From: an uncultured Candidatus Binatia bacterium
Lineage (GTDB): Bacteria; Desulfobacterota; Binatia; UBA9968; JAJDTQ01
Assembly (NCBI GenBank): GCA_965215605.1
Contig: OZ244070.1
Location: 320,001-384,000, forward strand
Direction of reading: 5' to 3'
DNA: 64,000 bases
Shown here: positions 55,669-64,000 of the stretch, in pieces
How positions within the stretch are numbered: the first letter of the stretch is position 1
Layout of the letters: the number at the start of each line of letters is the position of its first letter
The notes under the pieces: model-generated
What the model saw: only the letters and a program-made list of their open reading frames with translations
The model's database searches: none
Told to the model about the DNA's origin: nothing
Translations under genes and position numbers: made by a program

Positions 55669-58600
55669 ATGACGGCACCCGACTCCCTGTTTCAGGACAC
55701 CATCTTCAGGGTCCTCGAAAACGCACCGCGCGGGCTGACCGTCGAACGCATTCGTACACAGTTGGCTGAGGCGGGAGCGACGATCGGCAAGGACGAAGTC
55801 GTACGGGCTCTGGCACACATGAACGAACGCCAACTGGTCCAGTTCGGTGCGGCGCGACGTTGGCATGTCCGCCGGCAAGGGAACAAAACTGCGGAAGATA
55901 CCGTCTCTGGCAGACCAGACGAATACTTGGTTGCAGTCCCTTGCCAAGCCACCGCTGGTGAGGCGGCCGTGGTGGGGCCGGACATGCAAGGCGGGCGCAT
56001 CGACGCCAGCATGGACCTCTTGCAACGCCTCCTGCCTTACTATCAGGATGCGTTACGACACGGTGACGGCGGCCAGCCTCAAGCCTTCGCAAACCAGTAC
56101 GGGGAGAATTTCGTGCTGCTGGAGCCGGACAAGCCCTGGTGGCCGAAGGTGGAGCGGGGTCGCACGTTGGTCGTTCCACTCTCGCGAATGCCGGACGGCG
56201 CGCGAACGCGTTTGGCGAGACAAAACACACGGCACCTCCTGTTGGGTTATCCACTACATGTGGTAGCGCCCCGTAACGGGGAGACCGACGCCTCCGTTCG
56301 TCCTGTTTCGGTCTTCCGTTGCCGTTACGATCAGACAGAGACGCATCTACTGATTCGCGTTCCGGTGACCAGACCCATAATCGTTCGAGACTGGCTGCGA
56401 GATCAAGTGAGGTACAGCGGGTGGAATGCTGCGCGTTTGTTGAGCTGGTTGCTGATCGAAGATGAGACCGCAGATCTGGACACCGAGGATGAAGCCGAGA
56501 GCCCGGAATTCCTGGAGATTCCCACTTTCGCCGCTCGGCTGGAATCCGCTGCCGGCAAGAGGTTGCACCAGAGGCTTCTTCCAGACGCAGTGGCCGGCCG
56601 CGTGCCTCGTGGTGGCGTGACCGGGTTCTATAACGGTCTGGCCTTATTCCCGGAGGCCATCGGGAACTACGTCCGCTCCGCCATCAGGGACTATGACCGG
56701 CTTTGCCAGGAACCCAGGGAACGGCTAGAGGGCAGTGCGATCGGCACGCTGTTCGGGACAGAGCGGCCTGCTTCCCCGGTTCCGGCCATCGTGCATCCGT
56801 TCCCCCTCGGCGAGGCCCAATTGTTGGCAGGGCGGGCCGCCCTATCCCAACCCCTGACCGTGATCACCGGCCCGCCGGGAACAGGCAAGTCGCAGGTCAT
56901 CGCTTCGATCATGCTCAGCGCCGCGGCCGCCGGACGTTCCGTACTGCTGGCGGCACGCCAGCATCGTGCCATCGACGCTGTGAAAGAGCGTATGGAGTCT
57001 CTGACCGAAGATCGGGTTCTGCTCGTTCGAGCCAACGAATCCCAAGGATTCGGAAAGTTCACGTTCGCTGACGGTCTGCGTGCCCTGCAGACCCGGGCGG
57101 GTGGCCCGGACGCAACTCAGCGTTTCGCCAGACGTTTAAGCCGTTTGGCGGAAGTTGATTCGCAGCGCTGGAATCTACTGGAGAGATGGCTGAGCCTCAA
57201 GTCTCTGGGGGAAACCGGCGCCCATCTGTTGGCAGACCTGGAACGGCTGGGAGCCGAACGGGCGAAGCTATCGGAGGCGGTGGGACCTACGCCCAACAAG
57301 TCCCGTTTTTTCGTCGGGCTTCTCCACACGCTGGCCCGCTTTCTCCGCTTTCCGGTCGGTAGGGATATTCCGCTCGGTGCCGAATTTCGTCAAGCGCGTT
57401 TCGACCGTGAGGTGATCCGGTTAGAGGCTACTCTGGGCGAGTTGGAAGATCGGATCCAAACGCTTCGGAAGGAGTTGGAGGGCCAGGCCGAGAACCCGGT
57501 TACTATAGGGGAGCAAGTTCAGACACTCAGCAGCGAAATCATGGAGCCGCTCCTCGACCACCTCGACGCCGTGTCTCAGGATGACAGGCAGGTGCTAGCG
57601 GCTATTGCCGGCGATGCCGCCATCATGGGACAGAGAGATATCGACAGCGATGCGTACCGGCTGATTTTGAAGTACATGCCGCTCTGGGCAGTGACGACCC
57701 TCGCTGCCGGCAGCCGGATACCGCTGGAGGCGGGCCTATTCGACTATGTCGTGTTCGACGAAGCCGGCGTGACGGACATCGCATCCGCCCTCCCTCTCCT
57801 GTTCAGGGCCAAATCGGCAGTCATCGTGGGCGATCCCATGCAGCTTGGCATGATCAGCAACCTCGACCCACGTGAGGAGCGCCTGATGCTGAGCCGGCAT
57901 GAGCTCTTGGGGCCCGGCATCGGGCGTTTCGCCCAAGGACAGACCGACCTCTTCCAGCTTGCGGCGTCAGCCATCCAAGGCGCACCATTTTTGTTGAATG
58001 AACACTACCGCTGTCATCCGGATATCGCCGCATACTTCAACGAGGCCTTCTATGGCCGCCGTTTGACCGTCCTGACGGAGGCGGACAGACTGCGCGTTCC
58101 CAAGGGCTTCAAGCCGGGCCTTCACTGGACCGACGTACAGGGCTCAGTCTCCACGGGCCGTGACATTGGGATGGGAGGCTCCGCGTATTCCGACGCGGAG
58201 GCGAAAGCCGTGGTGGATATGCTGAAGGCGTTGGAGGCGCTAGGTTTTGAAGGAACCGTGGGCGTCGTTACCTTCTTTGCGCCGCAGGCCAGGCACATCA
58301 ATGAACGCGCAAGCCGCGAGATCGGCGCCGACAAGCTCAATCGTCTGAACGTCAAGATATTCACTGCCAACAAGTTCCAGGGCGATGAACGCGACGTAAT
58401 GCTGTTGTCGCTCTGCCTGGCTCCAAACATGCCGGACGGCGCGCGGAACTTCCTGATGAGAGAGAAGCGCCTGCTAAACGTCGCGGTCAGCCGGGCGCGC
58501 GCGGTCTGCCACGTCTTCGGTAACAGGGGGTTCGCCGCATCCTGTGGCATTCCACACATTGAGACCCTGGTCCGCCGAGTGAATGAAGCCGCCGTGCCGC

Positions 58601-58944
58601 CCGACGCCAAGTTCGACGATCGCTTCGACAGCCCTTGGGAAAAGCGACTTTACGAAGCGCTGATCGAGCGTGGGGTCGACCCGATACCGCAGCATCCGGT
58701 TGCGGGGCGCTTCCTGGACTTGGCGGTAGTAGACGACACACGCTGGCCGCCTGTGCGCCTGGACATCGAAGTGGACGGTGTCACTTACCACACAGATGAC
58801 GACGGCAACCGCCTCCAGACGGATCTGTGGCGTGACCGTCAATTGCGGGGGCTGGGTTGGAAGGTCCTACGTTTCTGGGTCTACGAGTTGAGGGACGACA
58901 TGGAGGGGTGTCTTGAGCGAGTGGAACAAGCCATCAGAGACTGA
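55669..58944 (+). CDS. wHTH + SF1B (UPF1/DNA2-like) helicase + Vsr/DUF559-like nuclease
   Basis: GPPGTGKSQ, VFDEAG, VGDPMQL, LNEHYRCHP, GVVTFF, FQGDERD and LNVAVSRAR helicase motifs. C-terminal FDSPWE...PQHPV.GRFLDLA...IEVDG..YH...RD..L..LGWKVLRFW. Confidence 0.9.
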   Translation: MTAPDSLFQDTIFRVLENAPRGLTVERIRTQLAEAGATIGKDEVVRALAHMNERQLVQFGAARRWHVRRQGNKTAEDTVSGRPDEYLVAVPCQATAGEAAVVGPDMQGGRIDASMDLLQRLLPYYQDALRHGDGGQPQAFANQYGENFVLLEPDKPWWPKVERGRTLVVPLSRMPDGARTRLARQNTRHLLLGYPLHVVAPRNGETDASVRPVSVFRCRYDQTETHLLIRVPVTRPIIVRDWLRDQVRYSGWNAARLLSWLLIEDETADLDTEDEAESPEFLEIPTFAARLESAAGKRLHQRLLPDAVAGRVPRGGVTGFYNGLALFPEAIGNYVRSAIRDYDRLCQEPRERLEGSAIGTLFGTERPASPVPAIVHPFPLGEAQLLAGRAALSQPLTVITGPPGTGKSQVIASIMLSAAAAGRSVLLAARQHRAIDAVKERMESLTEDRVLLVRANESQGFGKFTFADGLRALQTRAGGPDATQRFARRLSRLAEVDSQRWNLLERWLSLKSLGETGAHLLADLERLGAERAKLSEAVGPTPNKSRFFVGLLHTLARFLRFPVGRDIPLGAEFRQARFDREVIRLEATLGELEDRIQTLRKELEGQAENPVTIGEQVQTLSSEIMEPLLDHLDAVSQDDRQVLAAIAGDAAIMGQRDIDSDAYRLILKYMPLWAVTTLAAGSRIPLEAGLFDYVVFDEAGVTDIASALPLLFRAKSAVIVGDPMQLGMISNLDPREERLMLSRHELLGPGIGRFAQGQTDLFQLAASAIQGAPFLLNEHYRCHPDIAAYFNEAFYGRRLTVLTEADRLRVPKGFKPGLHWTDVQGSVSTGRDIGMGGSAYSDAEAKAVVDMLKALEALGFEGTVGVVTFFAPQARHINERASREIGADKLNRLNVKIFTANKFQGDERDVMLLSLCLAPNMPDGARNFLMREKRLLNVAVSRARAVCHVFGNRGFAASCGIPHIETLVRRVNEAAVPPDAKFDDRFDSPWEKRLYEALIERGVDPIPQHPVAGRFLDLAVVDDTRWPPVRLDIEVDGVTYHTDDDGNRLQTDLWRDRQLRGLGWKVLRFWVYELRDDMEGCLERVEQAIRD

Positions 58945-60628
58945 TCGAGAGTCTTCCGAACTGCCCAGCGGATCGTCACGCCTGCGCAGCGAGTCACCTG
59001 AACCACCCCAAACGACGTCCGCGCCGGTCGGCTCGGCCCGCCAGCAGGCGAAGACCCGTCCGCGCCTGCTGCCGCTGGGGCTCGTCACGTTGATCGGTTT
59101 GGGCGCCGTGGTGTGGCTTGCGTTCGCCGTAGTGGAAAGCGTCATCAGCAGAACCGCAAAGAGGGCTGAGATCGAGGCGCTTTCCGCGCGACTCGGACCA
59201 TTGCGGGCTGAAGTGAGCAGGACCGAAGTCGCAAGGGACGAACTCCGCGCCGACCGCGACGTATTGCAACGGGAGGTGGACGGCCTGAGCGCTCGCCAGC
59301 AAGCGCTGGCTGGAGGTCTTGCAGACGCCCACGCGGTCATCGAACGGGGAGAACTGGCCCAACGTCGACAAGCCGAGTTGGACCGCGCCCTCACTGAAGA
59401 TCGGCGCAAGTTGGAAGAGCTGGAAAGGCGCCGCAATCAACTCGCCACCGAGGTCGCCTCCGTAGGGGAACGCAGAGACGACCTGAATACTGCCTTCAAC
59501 GCCGAAGCGGATCGTCTGAAGGTCATGCGCGGTGACCTCCAAACCCTTCGCGCCCAGCGACAGCGGACAGCGGACGAACGCCGCGCCGACCGCGATGCAT
59601 TGCAACGGGAGATGGACGGCCTGAGCGCTCGCCAGCAAGCGCTGGCTGGAGATCTTGCGGAGGCGCACGCGGTCATCGAACGGGCAGAGCTGGCCGAACG
59701 TCGACAGGCCGAGATGGACCGCGCCCTCACTGAGGATCGGCGCAAATTGGAAGAGCTGGAAAGGCGCCGCAATCAACTCGCCACCGAGGTCGCCTCCGTA
59801 GGGGAACGCAGGGACGACCTGAATATTGCCATCAACACCGAAACCGATCATCTCAAGGTCCTACGTAGCGACGTCCAGACCCTTCGCGCTGAGCGGCAAC
59901 GAGCCGAACAGGAGCGGGAGAAGGCCGAGAGTGAATTAGCGCGTGTGCGCACAGCTCTTCGCCATATCGAGGCCAAACGCGAAGCGGCACGTGTCCAGGA
60001 GCGAATGCTGGCGGGTCGCGTCCGCGAACTTGCGGCCGAGCAGTCGGGCCTCGAACCCGTGCAGAAACAGATTGCCGAGACGAAGCAGACACTCGCGAAC
60101 GTCCGCCAGGAGTTGGATGCGGTAAGCCTTCAGCTCGCGGAAACGCGCGCGGACGCGGCCCAGACTCGAACGTTGGCCGACCAGCTCCCCCTTCTGAAGG
60201 AGGAAACACAAGCCCTGGAAGCGCGCAGAAAGGAAGCCGTCCGTGACATCGCCGATCTGGAGGGGAAGCGGGCCGAGAGAATCCGCGTCGCTGGGGAGAT
60301 CAGTGTTGCACAGGGCAGGCGGAATGGGTTGTTGAAGGACGAAGCGGAACTCCGCGCACGGATCGACACTCTCGAAATGCGGCGAGACTCTCTCGGTGGG
60401 ACGATTGCGGAACTGGAGAAGGAACGGGTCGGACTTGTTGGTCAGATCAAGAGACTTCACGAAGACCGCAGGCTCGCGGACAACGCGCGTATGGACGCTC
60501 AGAGTGACTTGGCGAAGCTCCAGGATCAAAACGAGAAGGAACAGCAGCGCCTGACCGCCGTAAGGCGCGAACTCGGTACGGCCGGCCAACGGTTGCAGGC
60601 GATCCAACCTGACCTGGAAGCAGACTGA
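58913..60628 (+). CDS. Single-TM long coiled-coil protein
   Basis: Hydrophobic segment LLPLGLVTLIGLGAVVWLAFAVV followed by roughly 490 aa of heptad-rich E/R/L/A sequence; overlaps the helicase stop. Confidence 0.82.
   Translation: MSEWNKPSETDRESSELPSGSSRLRSESPEPPQTTSAPVGSARQQAKTRPRLLPLGLVTLIGLGAVVWLAFAVVESVISRTAKRAEIEALSARLGPLRAEVSRTEVARDELRADRDVLQREVDGLSARQQALAGGLADAHAVIERGELAQRRQAELDRALTEDRRKLEELERRRNQLATEVASVGERRDDLNTAFNAEADRLKVMRGDLQTLRAQRQRTADERRADRDALQREMDGLSARQQALAGDLAEAHAVIERAELAERRQAEMDRALTEDRRKLEELERRRNQLATEVASVGERRDDLNIAINTETDHLKVLRSDVQTLRAERQRAEQEREKAESELARVRTALRHIEAKREAARVQERMLAGRVRELAAEQSGLEPVQKQIAETKQTLANVRQELDAVSLQLAETRADAAQTRTLADQLPLLKEETQALEARRKEAVRDIADLEGKRAERIRVAGEISVAQGRRNGLLKDEAELRARIDTLEMRRDSLGGTIAELEKERVGLVGQIKRLHEDRRLADNARMDAQSDLAKLQDQNEKEQQRLTAVRRELGTAGQRLQAIQPDLEAD
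59245..59916 (+). repeat. 336-bp (112-codon) tandem duplication inside the coiled-coil gene
   Basis: CCGCGCCGACCGCGA... at 59245 and 59581; RADRD..QRE.DGLSARQQALAG...VASVGERRDDLN occurs twice. Confidence 0.9.
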
Positions 60629-60670
60629 ATGGCGAGCAGACGCGAACTTGCGTGGTGGGGGGAATAGACG

Positions 60671-62791
60671 ATGAATTGGGTCCTGTATCCTGAAGTGCTC
60701 TCGATCATGATCGCGGTCCTGGCCTTGGTTGGGGTGTTGGGACTCGCATTCATCTATGGAGTACACCATCGTCTGGCTTGGGCGCAGTTGCCGGCCGCGG
60801 CACGCGACGCGGAGTTGGCAACCCGTGTCATGCAGCGCGAGACCGACCTTCTGGACAAGGAGCAAAGGCTGGAGCGGCTCGACGAACAGATTCGCGACCG
60901 TGAAGCCAAGCTGCTGGAGCGCGACCAGTTGGAAGCTGAGGCGGCCTATTGGAAGTCTCAGATAGAGGCTGTGAAAGCCGAGTATGCCGGGCTCGATGCG
61001 TTGCGGACCGAAATCGAGGAAGTGCGAGAGTCGTATCGCCAGGAGATGGAGAGTCTGGCCGATGCGGAAAGACAAACCCGCGAGGCGAAGGGCGAGTGGG
61101 AGGATGCGTGCACACGTGTGGTCAAAGCCGAGCGGTGCCTGGCCGCGCTTGCCGGTAAGGCGGACCGGCTGCGCGAGATGCTCCAGGAGTTGGCGGAGAC
61201 GGAAGCCCGGCTCACGAAAACGAAGGCTAAGCACAAAGACGTGCTCACGGCATTGGAAGTGGGTCAAGACCGTCTCTCCCGCGTCGAGCGCGAGGTGGAA
61301 TCGCTTCACGCACGGCAGCAGAACCTGCTTTCTGAGCTTCGTGGCCACGAAGAGCGACTGGAAACTGTCAAGGCCGAACTGGCCGGTTTGGCTCCCGCGC
61401 GCCAAGAGTTGACCGTGGTCCTAGAGTCGTTGCACTCGGCCGAAGAAGACTTGAAGGACAAACGCGAATCACTCTCGCGTCTTACATCCGACGAAGCGTG
61501 GCTTCACGCTCAGATTGCGCGGTTGCGGGGCGAACTCGACGAAGCTGCCGCAAAGAACTACGAGGGCGACTCGGCTGAATCGCTCGCCGACCTTCTCGTG
61601 CCGCCCTCGTGTCTCGCGCGCACTGATGATGACGGTCACATCGCTGTCTTGCCGGGCGAGCGGCCCGCCGTACGGGAGTTGGACGCCCTACAACGGGTCC
61701 GGCAGCACCTAAAGGAATGCGGGCTTATCTTCGATGAACGCGTGACCAACGCTTTTCACACGAGTCTGAAGACCGCGGTGATTTCGCCACTGACGGTGCT
61801 GGCTGGCGTCAGCGGCACCGGCAAGAGCCAGTTGCCGCGCTTCTATGCGGACGCCATGGGGATGCATTTCCTGAAGATACCGGTCCAGCCCCGTTGGGAC
61901 GGCCCGCAGGATCTCTTCGGCTTCTACAACTACATCGAGAAGCGCTACAAGGCGACGGACCTCGCCCGGGCGCTGGTTCATCTGGACAACTACAACTGGC
62001 CCGATCAGGCAGAGAGGTTCCATGACCGCGTGCTGCTCGTGCTGTTGGATGAAATGAACCTCGCCCGCGTGGAGTACTATTTCTCCGAGTTCCTGAGTCG
62101 CCTTGAAGGACGCCCCCTTGACAGGGAGGCGGGCACCCCCGATATCCGGCGTCCGACGGAGATCGAGATCGACATCAGCCGAAAGGAGCGGTCTCAGGGT
62201 GTCTACGTCGGTCAGAACGTCCTGTTCGTAGGCACGATGAACGAGGACGAATCCACATTGTCCCTGTCGGAAAAGGTGTTGGACCGAGCCAACGTGCTGC
62301 GCTTTCCGAAACCAAAGGAGTTGAGATCGGATCTTCTCACGATGGACGAACGGTTTAAAGCCGCGGGTTATCTTCCCAGGAGACGATGGACGGAGGAGTG
62401 GCCTCGCCGCATCGGGGACATGGACAACGCCGCCCTTGACCGTGCGACCGAGACCGTGTCGGCCATCAACGCCATCATGGACGAAATGGGACGGCCGTTC
62501 GGTCACCGCATGGGACAGGCGATGCTTTACTACGTGGCAAACTACCCGTCTCAACCGGACCGAACCGACGAGCCGGAATTGATAAACAACGCGCTTGCCG
62601 ATCAGATCGAGTTGAGGTTGCTTCCGAGGCTGCGCGGGGTCGGAGTGGACGAGAATCGGAACTCCCTGTACCAACTGGCCGAAAAGGCGAGATCACTGGG
62701 TGACGAGGCGCTTGGGAACGCTATCGACAACGCCGTTCAACGTTCGCACGACACCGGCCTGTTCGCTTGGCGCGGTTTCACCAGGGAGTAG
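60671..62791 (+). CDS. TM + coiled-coil + McrB-like AAA+ NTPase (NxD variant)
   Basis: N-terminal hydrophobic helix and coiled coil, then LAGVSGTGKSQLP, VQPRWDGPQDLFGFYNY, LLDEMNLARVEYYFSEFLS, GTMNEDEST and SEKVLDRAN. Confidence 0.88.
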   Translation: MNWVLYPEVLSIMIAVLALVGVLGLAFIYGVHHRLAWAQLPAAARDAELATRVMQRETDLLDKEQRLERLDEQIRDREAKLLERDQLEAEAAYWKSQIEAVKAEYAGLDALRTEIEEVRESYRQEMESLADAERQTREAKGEWEDACTRVVKAERCLAALAGKADRLREMLQELAETEARLTKTKAKHKDVLTALEVGQDRLSRVEREVESLHARQQNLLSELRGHEERLETVKAELAGLAPARQELTVVLESLHSAEEDLKDKRESLSRLTSDEAWLHAQIARLRGELDEAAAKNYEGDSAESLADLLVPPSCLARTDDDGHIAVLPGERPAVRELDALQRVRQHLKECGLIFDERVTNAFHTSLKTAVISPLTVLAGVSGTGKSQLPRFYADAMGMHFLKIPVQPRWDGPQDLFGFYNYIEKRYKATDLARALVHLDNYNWPDQAERFHDRVLLVLLDEMNLARVEYYFSEFLSRLEGRPLDREAGTPDIRRPTEIEIDISRKERSQGVYVGQNVLFVGTMNEDESTLSLSEKVLDRANVLRFPKPKELRSDLLTMDERFKAAGYLPRRRWTEEWPRRIGDMDNAALDRATETVSAINAIMDEMGRPFGHRMGQAMLYYVANYPSQPDRTDEPELINNALADQIELRLLPRLRGVGVDENRNSLYQLAEKARSLGDEALGNAIDNAVQRSHDTGLFAWRGFTRE

Positions 62792-62794
62792 AGT

Positions 62795-64000
62795 GTGGCG
62801 ACGCCCGATCTGATTCTCCTGCGCGTCCCCTGGGGTCTGATCGGGCCTTCCCGAACGAGACTGGAAATTGCGGAGCCCGTACCCGAATCGGATACAGACG
62901 GTTTGGACCTGGACGGCTGCGTGTCTCCTCTCCTGTTCAGTCGCGACGATAAGCCGGTTCCGCTCAACGAAGACGATAGGGTCCTGGAGAGGTTCGTCGA
63001 ATTCCGGACACGTCTCGACGAACGGCAACGAGCCTGGGACATTCCGGTTCCACTGCACGGAAGCGAACTGCAGAGCCTTCGGTTCCATTCCTGGAAGCGG
63101 TCCAGGAAATTCACTTGGTCCGGAGGCGTCGATCGCCCCCCGACCGCCGGTTCGGGCGACGGGGAAGAGCAGAACCAGCCGGGAGCGCGCCTCCATCGTT
63201 TTCTGCGCACCATCCGCGCGCGTATGCAGGACTTCGAGACGGTTCTATCGGAAGGGCTGGAGCCGTGGGACCACGTCCCCGTCTTGTGGCTCGACCCGCA
63301 TGCCCCGCGTGACCCTACCATGGATGTCCTGGTGCGACATGCGCGTGAACACCGGACTGCCTGGGGTCATCTCGCCGAACACCCGCGACGCCTGCTCAAC
63401 CGCAGGCGCGAGTTGGTCACGCTACCCCGTGTAGAGGAACTGGACGTTCCGTGCATGCAGTGGTTGTCGCGCCAGCCGGGACAGACGCTTGCAGAACGGG
63501 CCGGCGGGCGCCAGCGCATCATGGCGCTCGCGCGCTACGAGAACCGGAACACCCTGGAGAACCGTGTCTTCCTGGACCTCATGGCGCGTAGCGTCGCTGC
63601 GGCACGCGACTACGACGCCATGAACAAGGGACGAGAGGGACGTACACGGCAACGGGGTAGCCTGCGGATCGAGTCCGTTCGGGCATACAGCCGAGAATGC
63701 CGTCGCATTCACCAGGAACTGGACATGCAGGGTGTTCTGCGCCCATCCGAACCGGTCCAACCCAATCATGTTCTGCTCGACGACATGCGCTATCGCAGTG
63801 TCTGGGCAGCGCGGAAGGAGATCATCCGGCGCGAACGGGCGATCGACGACCTTTGGCGTTGGCAACGCAGGGCCTGGACGGAGTTCTGCAAGGCAACGGT
63901 CGCCGTCAGCTTGGTCTGGCTTGACGGAGTCCAGCGTTTCTTCAGTGCACCGATGTTCGTAACAGACGAACACAGACGCGGATGCTTCCTGATTCACGAT
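62795..64000 (+). CDS. McrC-like DUF2357 protein, 3' end outside window
   Basis: Hand translation from GTG at 62795, open to the window end: HPRRLLNRRRELV.LPRVEELD..CMQWLSRQPG..LAERAG.RQRI....RYE.RNTLENRV...PNHVLLDDMRYRSVW. Confidence 0.82.
   Translation, partial: MATPDLILLRVPWGLIGPSRTRLEIAEPVPESDTDGLDLDGCVSPLLFSRDDKPVPLNEDDRVLERFVEFRTRLDERQRAWDIPVPLHGSELQSLRFHSWKRSRKFTWSGGVDRPPTAGSGDGEEQNQPGARLHRFLRTIRARMQDFETVLSEGLEPWDHVPVLWLDPHAPRDPTMDVLVRHAREHRTAWGHLAEHPRRLLNRRRELVTLPRVEELDVPCMQWLSRQPGQTLAERAGGRQRIMALARYENRNTLENRVFLDLMARSVAAARDYDAMNKGREGRTRQRGSLRIESVRAYSRECRRIHQELDMQGVLRPSEPVQPNHVLLDDMRYRSVWAARKEIIRRERAIDDLWRWQRRAWTEFCKATVAVSLVWLDGVQRFFSAPMFVTDEHRRGCFLIHD

Noticed and set aside
58913-62791. 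SMC/Wadjet (JetC) or chromosome segregation proteins
   Set aside because: The coiled coils have no split ABC-ATPase head; the NTPase is a contiguous AAA+ with McrB-like motifs followed by a DUF2357 gene.
1-64000. tRNA, rRNA, integrase or prophage genes
   Set aside because: None recognisable by eye; short structured RNAs cannot be excluded without a covariance-model scan.

Overview
High-GC bacterial window with no rRNA, tRNA or CRISPR array visible. About 1-27.7 kb and 40-54.7 kb are a paralogue-rich catabolic patchwork: UbiD decarboxylase, four gentisate-dioxygenase-like cupins, four amidohydrolases, four DHDPS/NahE-type aldolases, two PhtD-like proteins, TctABC, an MFS transporter, a three-subunit hydantoinase/acetone-carboxylase-like enzyme and a Mo-hydroxylase large subunit. 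I found no recognisable catabolic transcriptional regulator. 27.7-34.1 kb is an accessory island bounded by a 12-bp inverted repeat. It holds a truncated DGQHR-type nuclease gene, an IS3 element sitting next to a fragment of a sister copy, and a decapitated M15-peptidase gene followed by a secreted partner. 34-40 kb is a DUF58/BatA/DUF4159 operon. A hidden PrdB/GrdB-like selenoprotein (in-frame UGA in a U-P-Y-C motif, plus a SECIS-like hairpin) lies at 49.2-50.0 kb. The best candidate for a new system is 55.7-64 kb: wHTH-SF1 helicase-Vsr nuclease, then a membrane-anchored coiled-coil protein, then a membrane-anchored coiled-coil McrB-like NTPase with the NxD motif, then a DUF2357 McrC-like protein that runs off the window. 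This looks like a membrane-tethered CoCoNuT/CoCoPAL-like type IV restriction or defence operon. All family calls come from motif recognition by eye; no database searches were run.
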